Shown here: positions 62,291 to 64,000 of the stretch, piece after piece
Numbering within the stretch: position 1 is the first letter of the stretch
Layout: every line of letters begins with the position of its first letter
NCBI GenBank assembly: GCA_965649765.1
Contig: OZ287757.1
Span: forward strand, 49,662,001-49,726,000
Direction: 5' to 3'
Source of the DNA: Bispira polyomma
Taxonomy: Eukaryota
Length of the DNA: 64,000 nucleotides
Made by a program: the position numbers and the translations under genes
The notes under the pieces: model-generated
The model's input: only the letters and a program-made list of their open reading frames with translations
Told to the model about the DNA's origin: nothing
The model's database searches: none

Positions 62291-63289
62291 GTGCATCTCA
62301 TATGGGTTTTTGTAAGGCCAAAATATCATATTTATTTTGCATATTGATATCGCACATAATTGAGTTGCTGAATGCAAAACTGATGAACCCAGGATTGAGA
62401 GGAATATCACCAGCAAGCAGAAGAAGAAGTAAAAACTGTGTGAGATTAACTTAGTGTCGAAATTCTGAAAAGCTGATTCCGAGGTTTTTGAGCAATACTG
62501 GAAATGGCAGCGACACCTCAATAGTAAGTGTCAATATTGTAATCTAGACTATGGTGGTCTGAAACACTTTTGTGTTCTGTAGTTGGTTGCAGCATGGAGC
62601 AGCACAACAAAAACAAAAAGTCTGATGACAAACATAGTTACCAATAGGGTTAAAACATGGGCATATGTACTAATGGGGTATGTGAGTGAAACACTAGTAC
62701 AGAGATGAAGCAGCCAAAGGACAAAGTATGTGTTAGATATTATTTGGTAATGTAAAAATTACATTTTTCGTGGTCAATTATAATACAATTCAGAAATTTA
62801 GTTTGACACTGAAAGATTGTACCCACCTGTCTTATTGAACACCAAAATAATGTAAGACCTACATTTAAGTGCAACTCATTAATATGTGCAATGGGTGGAT
62901 GGTCAATTCAGGCACATCTACTGAAATGTTTTAGAAATTGTAAGAACCAAGCCAGATCTGTCCACATGTTCTGCGTGACTTTGAACCGTTTGTTTTTCTG
63001 GGTTGTCATAAAAGGCCATCAGAAGCCTGTTGATAAAGCTTCTGGCTTATTGCACCCATCACCTACATAGCAAACTAATCATTTCTCAAAGGCAATTTTA
63101 CTGCCTGTTTTAAAACCTCTTTTGTTACTTTTATACTTGTCATAGATAGAATACTCAACGTTATAGAAGTCAAACTTTGATGTGAGCACACTAAAACATT
63201 TAGGTCTGTTTCTAGCCTTAGTTTTGTTTACCGAATTATTAAAAAGGCTGTTGCAAACCAGATGAATAAAGAGGCTCAAAAACAATAAG

Positions 63290-63790
63290 AAGCCAACACC
63301 TACAGTCTCCCTACAGAAAGCATCAGTCAACAGAAAGTACACTCTTACAAATATGTAATGACATCAACTTGACAAAGGTGAAGTTACTGCTCTGCCACTA
63401 CTGGACCTGTCAGCAGCTTTTGATACAACCAACCACAACATCTTAAAGGATATTTGGTTTGGCATTGCAGGCCTCGCCTTGGAGTAGATTGGTTCATTTT
63501 TGCACCCAAAGAACTCAAATTTTGTTACCAAGGAATTTGTTTTGTGACCCCTCTTGTTTACCTTTTATCCCTCTCCTCTGAGGTATGTTATTAACAAACT
63601 CAATATCAGACATCACATGTATACTGATGGCATCCAAATCTACCTATCAATAATGGCAACCAGTGCAGATGATCAGCCCAGTATCCAAGATTGGATGAAT
63701 TTGCCAAACTCAAACTCAATTCTGACAAAACTAAATTTACCGACAAGACCAATGTTACTACATACAAGGCTGTAAACCTTTGTCAGCCCC
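63290..63790 (+). mobile_element. L2/CR1 LINE RT fragment
   Basis: ALPLLDLSAAFDTTNHNIL, PLLFTFY, HHMYTDGIQIY, KLKLNSDKT. Confidence 0.8.
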
Positions 63791-64000
63791 CATATATACC
63801 GTCATTGCTGTATTTCGGCAGGATTACTAGGGGTAACATAATTAAAGTTTCTAATACCAAAAATTGGTTCTCTGAGAACTAAATTCTGGTACAAAATATT
63901 GACTTTTATGTGAAAAAGTAAGAGAATCATTATATATGTCATTTTAAAGGCACCACAGATGGTTAAAGCGGACTCCAGACACTTAACAACTTGCAGTTGT

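Overview
AT-rich, intron-containing, repeat-dense eukaryotic DNA, most consistent with an invertebrate animal; nothing prokaryotic is present. (1) A ~40 kb degenerate inverted duplication (arms ~1903-16644 and ~20157-41734, 3.5 kb spacer) carries two convergent 3-exon Golgi carbohydrate-sulfotransferase (Sulfotransfer_2/CHST-like) genes, A1 (+) and A2 (-). A diverged paralogue B (-) keeps an intact 3-exon frame but has altered PAPS-binding motifs, and its last exon is duplicated as an orphan in the left arm. (2) There are three long and one or two fragmentary tyrosine-recombinase (DIRS-order, Ngaro-like coding) retrotransposons. They show retrovirus-like expression signals: gag-pol via an A AAA AAC + hairpin -1 frameshift (family 1) or an in-frame UAG-GAC readthrough (family 2), and a phase-1 splice donor inside gag matched to an acceptor 6 nt after the pol stop (TAA-TTS-CAG), predicting a spliced GagN-recombinase fusion in two very diverged elements. 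(3) The rest is L2/CR1 and Tx1 LINE debris, tRNA-derived SINEs, a MADF (Harbinger-type) pseudogene and local tandem repeats. Identity values are by-eye estimates, and repeat boundaries are approximate.
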